Source of the DNA: Candidatus Zixiibacteriota bacterium
GTDB lineage: Bacteria; Zixibacteria; MSB-5A5; WJJR01
Direction of reading: 5' to 3'
Assembly: GCA_036397555.1 (NCBI GenBank)
Contig: DASWIS010000031.1
Span: 80,052-144,051 of the forward strand
DNA length: 64,000 nt
Shown one piece after another: positions 18,924 to 30,482 of this stretch (positions are counted from its first letter, which is position 1; every line of letters begins with the position of its first letter). A program made the translations under genes and the position numbers. The notes beneath the pieces are model-generated. The model had not been told where the DNA came from, did no database searches, and worked only from the letters and a program-made list of their open reading frames with translations.

Positions 18924-20435
18924 ATGGCACTGAAACCTGAAGAAGTCTCCTCGGTCATCGCGCAGGAGATCGACAAATACGAAAGCAAGCTCGACATGGA
19001 GTCGGTTGGCACCGTGCTGCAGGTCGGCGACGGCATCGCCCGCGTCTGGGGACTCGAAGACGCGATGATGTCCGAGCTGGTTGTCTTCCCCGGCGACATC
19101 ATGGGGATGATCCTCAACCTCGAGGAAGACAACGTCGGCTGCGCCATCTTCGGCACCGACCGCATGATCAAAGAGGGCGACACCGTCCGTCGCACCGGCA
19201 AAGTCGCACAGGTCCCGGTCGGCGATGCACTCATCGGCCGCGTGGTCAATCCGCTGGGACAGCCGCTCGACGGTGCCGGGCCCGTTGTCACCGACAAGTT
19301 CCGCCCGCTCGAGGGCAATGCCCCTTCGGTGATCGACCGCCAGCCGGTCAAAGAGCCGGTGCAGACCGGGCTGAAGGCGATCGATTCGATGATTCCGATC
19401 GGACGCGGCCAGCGCGAACTGATCATCGGCGACCGACAGACCGGCAAGACCGCCATCGCCATCGACACGATCATCAATCAAAAAGGCACCGACTTGCACT
19501 GCATCTACGTGGCGATCGGCCAGAAGGCCTCGACTGTCGCACAGGTGGTCGAAGTGCTCAAGAAACACGGCGCCATGGAATACACGACCGTGGTCGTCGC
19601 CTCCGCGACCGATCCGGCGCCGCTGCAATTCATCGCGCCGTATGCCGGTGTGACGATGGGTGAGGAGTTCTTGCACTCCGGACGCCATGTGGTCTGCATA
19701 TACGATGACTTATCCAAGCACGCCACCGCATACCGCCAACTCGCATTGCTGCTGCGGCGTCCGCCGGGGCGCGAGGCGTTTCCCGGCGATGTCTTCTATC
19801 TGCACTCGCGCCTGTTGGAACGCGCCGCCAAGCTCTCCGACAAACTCGGCGGCGGTTCGTTGACCGCGTTGCCGATCATCGAAACGCAGGCCGGTGACGT
19901 GACCGCGTATATCCCGACCAACGTGATCTCGATCACCGATGGGCAGATTTTCCTCGAGGGCGACTTATTCTACGCCGGTATTCGCCCCGCGATCAACGTC
20001 GGAATTTCCGTGTCCCGTGTCGGCGGCAACGCGCAGACCAAGGCCATGAAAAAGATCGCCGGTTCGCTGCGGCTCGATCTGGCGCAGTATCGCGAACTGG
20101 CCGCGTTCGCACAGTTCGGTTCCGATCTCGACACCGCCACGCAGCAGCAATTGACGCGCGGCACGCGCATGGTCGAGCTGCTCAAGCAGGGACAGTATGT
20201 CCCGATGGCGGTCGAGGATCAGGTGATGGCGATCTGGGCCGGAACCAACGGCTACCTCGACAAAGTCCCTGTCGGCTCCGTACGCAAATACGAGACGGAA
20301 TTCTTGGCGTTCATGCACAACGACTACCCCGACACCTGCCACGCCATCAAGACCAAGGGCCAGATGACCGACGACATCAACTCCGAGATGAAGAAAGCGT
20401 GCGACCGCTTCGCGGGTGTGTTCAAGCCCGAGTAA
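18924..20435 (+). CDS. atpA: F0F1 ATP synthase subunit alpha
   Basis: GDRQTGKT P-loop and alpha-subunit signature; 503 aa. Confidence 0.95.
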   Translation: MALKPEEVSSVIAQEIDKYESKLDMESVGTVLQVGDGIARVWGLEDAMMSELVVFPGDIMGMILNLEEDNVGCAIFGTDRMIKEGDTVRRTGKVAQVPVGDALIGRVVNPLGQPLDGAGPVVTDKFRPLEGNAPSVIDRQPVKEPVQTGLKAIDSMIPIGRGQRELIIGDRQTGKTAIAIDTIINQKGTDLHCIYVAIGQKASTVAQVVEVLKKHGAMEYTTVVVASATDPAPLQFIAPYAGVTMGEEFLHSGRHVVCIYDDLSKHATAYRQLALLLRRPPGREAFPGDVFYLHSRLLERAAKLSDKLGGGSLTALPIIETQAGDVTAYIPTNVISITDGQIFLEGDLFYAGIRPAINVGISVSRVGGNAQTKAMKKIAGSLRLDLAQYRELAAFAQFGSDLDTATQQQLTRGTRMVELLKQGQYVPMAVEDQVMAIWAGTNGYLDKVPVGSVRKYETEFLAFMHNDYPDTCHAIKTKGQMTDDINSEMKKACDRFAGVFKPE

Positions 20436-20456
20436 TCGCGACGACCAAACGGACAC

Positions 20457-21326
20457 ATGCCCTCTTCACGCGACATCAAACGCCGTATTCGCTCGGTCAA
20501 ATCGACCCAGCAGATCACCAAGGCGATGGAGATGGTCTCGGCGGCGAAACTGCGCAAGGCGCAGATGCGCGCCGAGCAGGCGCGTCCCTATCGCGGCAAA
20601 CTCGAATTGATACTCTCGAACATCTCCGCCGCCGTCGTGCGGCCCGACCAGCCGCCGCCGCATCCGTTCTTTCAGGCGCGCACGCCGGTGAAGAAGTCGA
20701 CTCTGATCCTGGTCACCGCGGACCGCGGCCTCTGCGGATCGTTCAACGCATATTTGATCCGTCGCGCGCTCGTGTTTCTGAAGGATTACAATCCTGCGAA
20801 TGTCGAACTGATTTGCATCGGCAAACGCGGCTATGACTGGTTTCGCAAGCGCCAATGGCCGATTGCCGCGAAACATCTCGATTTCGGCGGCACCATCGGG
20901 TTCGCGCGCGTACGCGCCATCGCCGCTGACCTGACCGCACGGTTCCGCTCCGGCGAGACCGACGAAGTCCATCTGATCTATACACGTTTCATCACGACGG
21001 CGCGCAGCTCTGTCACACAGTCGCAGTATCTTCCGATCAAGCCGCACGAGGGCCGCGCAGACAAAAGCAGCGACTACATCTTCGAGCCCGCGCCCGCGGC
21101 GATCTTTGCCGACCTGATGCCGCGTTATGCGACGACTCTCCTGCAATCAGCGCTGGCCGAATCATTCGCGTCCGAACACGCGGCGCGCATGATGGCCATG
21201 GGCGCCGCGACCAGTGCGGCAGGGGATATGATCGATACGTTGACGTTGCAGTACAACAAAGCCCGGCAGGCCGCCATTACCAAGGAACTGCTCGACATCG
21301 TCGGCGGCGCCGAGGCGCTCAGATAA
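20457..21326 (+). CDS. atpG: F0F1 ATP synthase subunit gamma
   Basis: IKRRIRSVKSTQQITKAMEMVSAAKLRKAQ N-terminus and ITKELLDIVGGAEAL C-terminus. Confidence 0.9.
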   Translation: MPSSRDIKRRIRSVKSTQQITKAMEMVSAAKLRKAQMRAEQARPYRGKLELILSNISAAVVRPDQPPPHPFFQARTPVKKSTLILVTADRGLCGSFNAYLIRRALVFLKDYNPANVELICIGKRGYDWFRKRQWPIAAKHLDFGGTIGFARVRAIAADLTARFRSGETDEVHLIYTRFITTARSSVTQSQYLPIKPHEGRADKSSDYIFEPAPAAIFADLMPRYATTLLQSALAESFASEHAARMMAMGAATSAAGDMIDTLTLQYNKARQAAITKELLDIVGGAEALR

Positions 21327-21360
21327 TCGAATCGTCCGTTAAACTATCTCATCGCGCTAA

Positions 21361-22782
<1,422 letters not shown>

Positions 22783-23011
22783 CGAAGTCAGTGTGTGGCC
22801 CGGACCTTATTCACCTCAAGAGTTGGTCCGGGTTTCACACCTACCAGTGTGTGTCATGCTGAGCCGTATCTCGCCTCGGGCGGGATACAGGCGAAGCATC
22901 TGCTCTTCGAATTGCCGGCGATATGGAACCCACTCCTGAGACACAAAGCAGATTCTTCGGCCCTCGCGTTGCTCGGGACTCAGAATGACAGGTAACCGCC
23001 GAGTTTAGCAC

Positions 23012-23464
23012 ATGACCGAGTTCCAACTCTCCATCGTGACACCCGAAAAGACGATCTTCGATCAGAACGTCGTCTCGCTGATCGTGCCTGCCGCCGAGGG
23101 ATACCTCGGCGTCATGGCGCATCATGCCCCGCTCATCACCACATTGCAGCCGGGCAAGATCACGATCACTCTTTCAACTCGTGCCGAAGGTCACGATTCA
23201 GGTGTCGAGCTGCTGCTGGCAATTTCCGGCGGATTCCTCGAAGTCGCCGACAACCGCGCCACAATCCTTGCCGACACTGCCGAACAAGCGACTCAGATCG
23301 ACCGCGAACGCGCCCTGCAATCGCTCGAGCGCGCGCGCAATCGTGTCCACGAAGCCCGCACCGGCAACGGCGACTGGGATTTGGACCGCGCGCTCGGCGC
23401 ACTCCACCGCGCCGAAAACCGCGTTCGTGTTGCGGATGCGTCGCTCGCCGAAGTCGAACGGTAG
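23012..23464 (+). CDS. atpC: F0F1 ATP synthase subunit epsilon
   Basis: 150-aa beta-sandwich plus helical hairpin pattern; separated from atpD by a 229-nt structured spacer. Confidence 0.85.
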   Translation: MTEFQLSIVTPEKTIFDQNVVSLIVPAAEGYLGVMAHHAPLITTLQPGKITITLSTRAEGHDSGVELLLAISGGFLEVADNRATILADTAEQATQIDRERALQSLERARNRVHEARTGNGDWDLDRALGALHRAENRVRVADASLAEVER

Positions 23465-23484
23465 GGTGGGCTCTGCCCACCATT
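23461..23484. repeat. REP-like palindrome, second copy (GTAGGGTGGGCTCTGCCCACCATT)
   Basis: Identical to 6021-6044 except the loop base (A to T) and one 3' base. Overlaps the atpC stop. Confidence 0.55.
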
Positions 23485-23509
23485 CTGCCGCAAGTGCAGC
23501 AACGCATGT

Positions 23510-23549
23510 GCCACTGACCCCTGTGCCCCGAAGGGGTATGGTCAGTGGC
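23510..23549 (+). terminator. strong hairpin downstream of atpC (perfect 10-bp inverted repeat GCCACTGACC / GGTCAGTGGC with a nested CCCC-GAA-GGGG)
   Basis: Read directly. No U-run follows, so it may be a Rho-independent-like or processing structure rather than a canonical terminator. Confidence 0.35.
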
Positions 23550-23708
23550 CTTGAAAGACACCAATGACTAAAATCAGTGGCACACAAGAACGATTCGCTC
23601 GGTGGTCCACAGCTTACTGCGGGATGGCCGGACTCGCGAATTGAATCTCTCCCAGAGCAGAACTGTGGGGCACCGGTGCGAGCGATCTTGATTTGTGACT
23701 GTTACGTC

Positions 23709-24218
23709 TCAATCAGTCTTGTTATACATCTCTACTGCTGTGACATGGCGATCATAGGAAGATCTCAGCCGCGATACTTCCTGACTGAAGGTAATCAGAT
23801 TACCTCTTGGTCGTTGAATCAGATTGAACATTTCCTTCTGATCGAGGTACGCCCCCTCTAGTTCGCTTGTGACGGTCTTAGAGCATCTTCTGCCATCTCT
23901 GAATTTTCCTATATGGATTGGGATTGTATCAAGTATACCCCCGATCGCGTTCAATACCGAATCGGGTGTGAGTTTTCTATAGTCTTGAGAAAACCACGAA
24001 GGGCCGTATTCTGACCAAATGTAGAGATACCCCGATAAGACCGTTGATTGGATGATGTCTACCATTTGCAGATCCGTGGTGACGATGAGACACCAATTCT
24101 CGCATGAAAGAGAATCGCCCCGTCGTAAAAGCTCCTTTACGCTCTCATCGGCGGATGCCCGGATCGGTAAACTTGCCAAACAGCTAATGACCAGCGGGAT
24201 GAGTAATTTGTACTTCAT
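23709..24218 (-). CDS. secreted hypothetical protein (signal peptide MKYKLLIPLVISCLASLPIRASA), low-GC orphan
   Basis: ATG with GGAAGGA 8 nt upstream on the minus strand; AT-rich codon usage unlike the neighbours; no family recognised. Confidence 0.5.
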   Translation of the reverse strand: MKYKLLIPLVISCLASLPIRASADESVKELLRRGDSLSCENWCLIVTTDLQMVDIIQSTVLSGYLYIWSEYGPSWFSQDYRKLTPDSVLNAIGGILDTIPIHIGKFRDGRRCSKTVTSELEGAYLDQKEMFNLIQRPRGNLITFSQEVSRLRSSYDRHVTAVEMYNKTD

Positions 24219-24452
24219 GGGGTGGGTCCTTCCTGAGGGTTCTACTTTCTAATTAGTATGCCACTCATGGCAGCCACTTAGCAACCGCTCTTGCCACTAA
24301 TAGTCGGTAGATGACTACAGGCTCTCCGTCTTCTTTGGTCTGCCGCGTGAAACCGAAGCCGCCCAAATCACTACAGTTGAACTGTCTACTTGACGAGGAG
24401 GTTTACATAATGTACGCTAGGACCAGCCTCATTTGTCATGCGTTCACGCAAA

Positions 24453-25067
24453 TCACCGATTCGTCAGCGCTTCTCCGATAGCCTCAATCATTCGACCGAC
24501 CAGCTTGAACCAATCCCGCACTATCTCCTGATTCATCCAGATATCAGTTCCGACGCACAGATCCGGTATCCTTTTGGCCAGATCGTCGTCGACGCGACCG
24601 TCATTATGCGCAATGCAGTTGCGCAGTGCACAGAAGTTACTCAATGCATCCCTGTCCTCGTCGGAGAGAACCTGGGGCTGTACGCCGACGCTATGTAATA
24701 GATCGTCCGCGGATTTCCAATTCGGCTTTTCCGCTCCCGGGATACGTTTTGCTTGCGCTTCCACAAGACCCTTCAACCGAAGGAAGAAAGCGTCGCACAC
24801 CTCTCGCTCTACTCGTTCGAAGTCTGAGTCCGACTCGAAGCACACATGTCCGAACCAGAAAGTGTATTGCTTGGGAGGCTGCTCTTTCAGCGGCATCAGC
24901 GCGATTTCGAAAGCTACAAGTGCCACCTCCAAGAGACGATGGCTTTCGCGCGACCATTCAGCTACCTCCTCAGACGGTCTTGCCAATGTCTCCCCCAGTT
25001 CCTTCTGAGTTCTTTCCGCTGCCCCATCGGCCGGCTGCCCGTGTACGAGTTGTTGTGTGCCCGCCAC
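24453..25067 (-). CDS. HEPN-like protein candidate (C-terminal ALRNCIAHND = Rx4HN motif; about 200 aa, RiboL-PSP-HEPN-like size)
   Basis: GTG start (no in-frame ATG near the N-terminus); balanced composition; R-x4-H-N motif at residues about 146-152 of 204 inside a predicted helical C-terminal domain. Confidence 0.45.
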   Translation of the reverse strand: MAGTQQLVHGQPADGAAERTQKELGETLARPSEEVAEWSRESHRLLEVALVAFEIALMPLKEQPPKQYTFWFGHVCFESDSDFERVEREVCDAFFLRLKGLVEAQAKRIPGAEKPNWKSADDLLHSVGVQPQVLSDEDRDALSNFCALRNCIAHNDGRVDDDLAKRIPDLCVGTDIWMNQEIVRDWFKLVGRMIEAIGEALTNR

Positions 25068-25172
25068 ATTTGTGGCGGAATATCCGTGCCTCTCGACTCC
25101 CGATGTCCGATATGGACCTGCCCCGAATCATACTCGATCAGAGGCAGGAACTCATCGGTGTTTTTGCACATC

Positions 25173-25201
25173 AAAAAAAGGGGAGGCCCTTCGGCCTCCC
25201 C
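25173..25201 (-). terminator. intrinsic terminator of gdhA (GGGGAGGCC-CTTC-GGCCTCCCC followed by a U-run on the minus strand)
   Basis: Perfect 9-bp GC stem with a 4-nt loop, flanked by A7 on the plus strand (T7 on the minus strand) 48 nt after the gdhA stop. Confidence 0.8.
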
Positions 25202-25248
25202 CTTCGTTACGGCGAGATATTGTTGCAGGCTTGTCCGCCCAAGGCGGG

Positions 25249-26775
<1,527 letters not shown>

Positions 26776-27099
26776 TTATTTGCTCGGCTGTCTGAAACTC
26801 CCGCTTGAGGAACGGGCACCGACCGCCCAGCGGGGGGCCAATTTAGCACCCCATCGGGGCAGTCGCCACACAATCTACGATTCCGTTGGTCCGGCGCTGT
26901 CAAATTGGGCCTTTTGCACGCTGAAACCTGTCCAAATCATCTGCCAAATGCGTGGCACGTTCGGGCTTAGTCGGTGTATCACACACAGATCGGTCGTAGG
27001 TCCCCTTTTGGGGGGCGGACCGGGACTTTAGACCTTGCCTGCCGGTAGGGCGCCGGGTTTATTCCGCAGAACTCTGGACAGATTAAATGGAGGCAAAAG

Positions 27100-27993
27100 A
27101 TGCGTAGGTTGAGAGTCTTCTTGGTGTTGGGTCTGATCGTTGGGTTTACGACGACGGCCGCATCGCAATCCGACACCGCAAAGGACACCACGATGAAGTC
27201 GGCCCCGTCCGAAGCACCGACAACGGCCGCGACGTCAGCACAGATGAGCGACACCGCCGGGAGAATCTCAGACACGGCGGCGAAGATAACGGATACGACG
27301 CCGAAGACGGCTGATACGGCGGCGGCTTCCGCCCAAGACGAGGCGCAGGACACGACGGTGTCTGAGGCGGTGCAGGAAGCCAAAGAAGCCGAGATGGAAG
27401 GCGCAACTGACCAGGGGGCCGCTGAGTCTCCGGACACGACCATGACAGAGGAGACGCCAATGACCGAGGCCGCCGATCCCAGCGCGCCGTACGCCGATGT
27501 CAAGTTTGCCAGCGGCGAAAAGCCGCGCATCCGCATGGAGACCTCAATGGGCACGGTCGTGCTGGAATTGTGGCCCGATGTCGCCCCAAAGCATTGCCAG
27601 AGCTTCGTCTACCTGACCAACAAGGGCTTCTACGACTCGCTGACCTTCCACCGCATCGTGCCGAATTACGTGATTCAGGGCGGCGACCCGGTCGGCAATG
27701 GCACTGGCGGTCCGGGCTACAATGTGCCCGCCGAGTTCAACAGCAATCTCCATGAGGACGGGGTCCTCTCGATGGCGCGCGCTCCCGATCCGAATTCCGC
27801 CGGTTCGCAATTCTTCATTTGCCTGGGACGGCTGACGTCGCTGGATAACCAATACACGGTCTTCGGCAAAGTGGTTGAGGGGTTGGACGTGGTGCACAAG
27901 ATCGAAAAGGTCCCCGTCAACAACGAGCGCCCGGTGACCCCGGTCGTCATGACCAAAGTGGAAGTGGTCGCAGCGGCGGCTCCATCAGAGTGA
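27100..27993 (+). CDS. cyclophilin-type peptidyl-prolyl cis-trans isomerase, exported, with a long acidic Thr/Ala/Asp-rich low-complexity linker
   Basis: GGAGG RBS; signal peptide; C-terminal 165 aa HRIVPNYVIQGGDP...SQFFI cyclophilin fold; residues about 25-130 are repetitive (DTAGRISDTAAKITDTTPKTADTAAAS). Confidence 0.8.
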   Translation: MRRLRVFLVLGLIVGFTTTAASQSDTAKDTTMKSAPSEAPTTAATSAQMSDTAGRISDTAAKITDTTPKTADTAAASAQDEAQDTTVSEAVQEAKEAEMEGATDQGAAESPDTTMTEETPMTEAADPSAPYADVKFASGEKPRIRMETSMGTVVLELWPDVAPKHCQSFVYLTNKGFYDSLTFHRIVPNYVIQGGDPVGNGTGGPGYNVPAEFNSNLHEDGVLSMARAPDPNSAGSQFFICLGRLTSLDNQYTVFGKVVEGLDVVHKIEKVPVNNERPVTPVVMTKVEVVAAAAPSE

Positions 27994-28099
27994 GTATTGC
28001 TGCACCGACGGTTTATGCGGGCGGGCTGGTTGCCAAAACAGCCCGCCCGTTGTGTCTTATCATTGGGGAGCGTCTCGCGATCGCCGTTGTACGGATCAG

Positions 28100-29311
28100 A
28101 TGAGTGATCCATTGAACATCTGCATTGTCGGGTCGACCGGATCCATCGGCCGAAGCACGCTGGAGGTTGTCCGGCGATACCGTGGCCGCCTGCGGGTCGT
28201 CGGTCTGACAGCCGGAACGAATGTCGAGAAGCTCATCGAGCAGGCGCTGGCGTTTCGACCCGAGATCGTGGCCATCCGCGACGAGGCCGGCTGCCGGCGG
28301 CTGCGCGATGCACTCGCGCACACGGACATCGTCGTCCTCAGCGGAGATGAGGGAGTCTGCTCGGTCGCTGCCCACGTCTCTGCCCGAACGACTGTCATCA
28401 GCGTCGTCGGTTTCGCCGGTGTCCGTCCGACGCTCGCTGCGATTACTGCCGGTAAGACCGTTGCTCTCGCCAATAAGGAATCGGTTGTTGCAGCGGGTCC
28501 GGTCGTGATGCCGCTGGCTCAAGAGCATCGGGTGCCGATCATTCCCATCGACTCAGAACATTCCGCGATCCATCAGTGCCTGCGGGTGGGCAGAACCGAC
28601 GAGGTCGCACGCATTATCCTGACCGCGTCCGGCGGGCCGTTTCGACAACGTCCCGCAGGCGCCTTCGACACAATCACGCCACAGGAGGCGTTGGCGCATC
28701 CCACATGGCGCATGGGTCCGCGCATCACCATCGATTCGGCGACGCTGATGAACAAGGGATTTGAGATCATCGAGGCGGCCTGGCTCTTCGGCATCGATCC
28801 GGATCGCATCGATGTTGTCATTCATCCGCAGTCGATTGTACATTCTCTGGTGGAGTTTCATGACGGCTCCACCATGGCGCAGCTTGGCGCACCCGACATG
28901 ACCGTTCCCATCGCCTACGCACTGTTCTATCCGGAGCGACCGGAGCCGACGGCGCGGCCTCCGATTTTCGATCCGCTGACGACGGCGCGGCTGGACTTTG
29001 AGCAACCCGATGCGGAGCGTTTTCCTGCTCTCGCACTGGCACGGCGGGCGCACGCCATGGGGGGGACCGGAGGCGCCGTGCTCAATGCCGCCGACGAGGT
29101 CGCGGTCGGGGCGTTCCTGAATGGGACGGTTCGGTTTCCACAAATCACGGAGTTCGTCTCGGATGCCTTGGATGCGCATCGAGTCCCCGGCACGATCGAC
29201 ATTGATGCTTTGGAAAATGCCGATCGCTGGGCACGGCAATATGTGACGTCACGAATTGAACAGCCGAAGCCACGCGCATCGCGTGAAACCCGGATCACCG
29301 AACTTCGTTAA
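28100..29311 (+). CDS. dxr: 1-deoxy-D-xylulose 5-phosphate reductoisomerase
   Basis: IVGSTGSIGRSTLEVV NADPH motif, LANKESVV, PIDSEHSAI; ATG 28100 (the ORF-track start 28052 is upstream and out of context). Confidence 0.9.
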   Translation: MSDPLNICIVGSTGSIGRSTLEVVRRYRGRLRVVGLTAGTNVEKLIEQALAFRPEIVAIRDEAGCRRLRDALAHTDIVVLSGDEGVCSVAAHVSARTTVISVVGFAGVRPTLAAITAGKTVALANKESVVAAGPVVMPLAQEHRVPIIPIDSEHSAIHQCLRVGRTDEVARIILTASGGPFRQRPAGAFDTITPQEALAHPTWRMGPRITIDSATLMNKGFEIIEAAWLFGIDPDRIDVVIHPQSIVHSLVEFHDGSTMAQLGAPDMTVPIAYALFYPERPEPTARPPIFDPLTTARLDFEQPDAERFPALALARRAHAMGGTGGAVLNAADEVAVGAFLNGTVRFPQITEFVSDALDAHRVPGTIDIDALENADRWARQYVTSRIEQPKPRASRETRITELR

Positions 29312-29333
29312 TGACTGGCATGGGAGCGCATAC

Positions 29334-30401
29334 TTGACCACGGCATTGGCCGCCATCTTTGTGCTCGGAGTCCTCGTCTTCGTCCACGAACTGGGTCACT
29401 TTCTTGTGGCCAAGTGGGCGGGTATCAAGGTCGAGCGCTTCTCGCTGGGATTTCCGCCGAAGATGGTTGGGATTACCATCGGCGAAACCGAGTACTGCAT
29501 CTCGTGGTTGCCATTGGGCGGGTACGTCAAGATGGCCGGTGAGAATCCGGAGGATGGCGAGTCGACCGGCGATCCGCGCGAGTTCATGTCCAAGAGCATC
29601 GGCGCGCGCGCGGCCGTCATTGTCGCCGGACCGCTGATGAACTTCATCGCTGCCATCCTGGCGTTTTCGCTGGTGTTAATGTTTTGGGGACGTCCCACGC
29701 TGGACACCGAACACGTTCTCATCGGCCCGGTGCTGGAAGGCAGCCCGGCCGACAGCATCGGTTTGCGCAACGGCGATGTGATCCTCGCCGTGGATCATGA
29801 GACCGTCGCGACGTTTGAAGAGATGGCGTCTCGGGTGCAAACGAGAGCCGGGCAGAGTCTTGAGTTGCTCTGGCGACGCGACGGAGAACTGTATTCGGCC
29901 ATGATCACGCCCAAGACCGATACGTTGCGCGATTCCGCCGGTGCCGACAGCGTCATTGTGGGACGAATCGGTGTCGGGCTGGGGTACACCTACGAACCGG
30001 TCGGTGTCTTGGCGTCGATTGTCGAGGGGACCAAACAATCGATTACGGTCACCGCGACCATGTTCGGATTTCTGGGCGGACTGTTTTCCGGCGATGTCTC
30101 GATCAAGATGGTGTCGGGGCCCGTGGGCATCGTGCGCTTCGCCGGCACCGCCGCGCGCGAGGGATTCGACATGCTGCTGAATTTCATGGCGATTCTCTCG
30201 GTCAATCTGGCGATACTCAATGTGCTGCCGATCCCGATCCTCGACGGTGGCCATTTGGTGTTTCTGGCGATGGAGAAGCTGCGCGGACGACCGCTGACCA
30301 TCCGGCAGCGGGCGATCGCGCAACAGGTCGGATTCGCGCTGTTGCTACTGCTGATTGTCACAGTGACGTATCACGATATTCTGCGGCTGCTCACGGGGTA
30401 G
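29334..30401 (+). CDS. rseP: RIP site-2 metalloprotease (RseP family) with PDZ domain
   Basis: HELGHF zinc site 17 aa after the TTG 29334 start, PDZ (GSPADSIGLRNGDVILAVD) and LDGG motif. The ATG at 29256 would overlap dxr by 56 nt, so TTG is preferred. Confidence 0.75.
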   Translation: MTTALAAIFVLGVLVFVHELGHFLVAKWAGIKVERFSLGFPPKMVGITIGETEYCISWLPLGGYVKMAGENPEDGESTGDPREFMSKSIGARAAVIVAGPLMNFIAAILAFSLVLMFWGRPTLDTEHVLIGPVLEGSPADSIGLRNGDVILAVDHETVATFEEMASRVQTRAGQSLELLWRRDGELYSAMITPKTDTLRDSAGADSVIVGRIGVGLGYTYEPVGVLASIVEGTKQSITVTATMFGFLGGLFSGDVSIKMVSGPVGIVRFAGTAAREGFDMLLNFMAILSVNLAILNVLPIPILDGGHLVFLAMEKLRGRPLTIRQRAIAQQVGFALLLLLIVTVTYHDILRLLTG

Positions 30402-30482
30402 CGGAAACGAAGTCCCCGGCCGGAACCTATAAGGTCTTCCGCCGTACACAGATGCTGAGTGAACAATCGGAGATTGCCGACC

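Larger units (their letters stand above)
23560..25070. other. low-GC islet between the convergent atp operon and gdhA (putative horizontally acquired accessory DNA)
   Basis: Sampled 60-nt lines at 23881 and 24061 are 40% and 50% GC, against 77% for a line in gdhA (25441). Bounded by REP/hairpins on the left and the gdhA terminator on the right. Confidence 0.5.

Noticed and set aside
26941-26962. Possible sigma54 promoter (GTGGCACGTTCGGGCTTAG) upstream of the cyclophilin gene
   Set aside because: The GG-to-GC spacing is off by one nucleotide from the strict -24/-12 geometry and there is no TTGC.
29256-29333. ATG at 29256 as rseP start
   Set aside because: Overlaps dxr by 56 nt and adds a non-hydrophobic 26 aa; the TTG at 29334 places HELGHF at the usual distance from the N-terminus.
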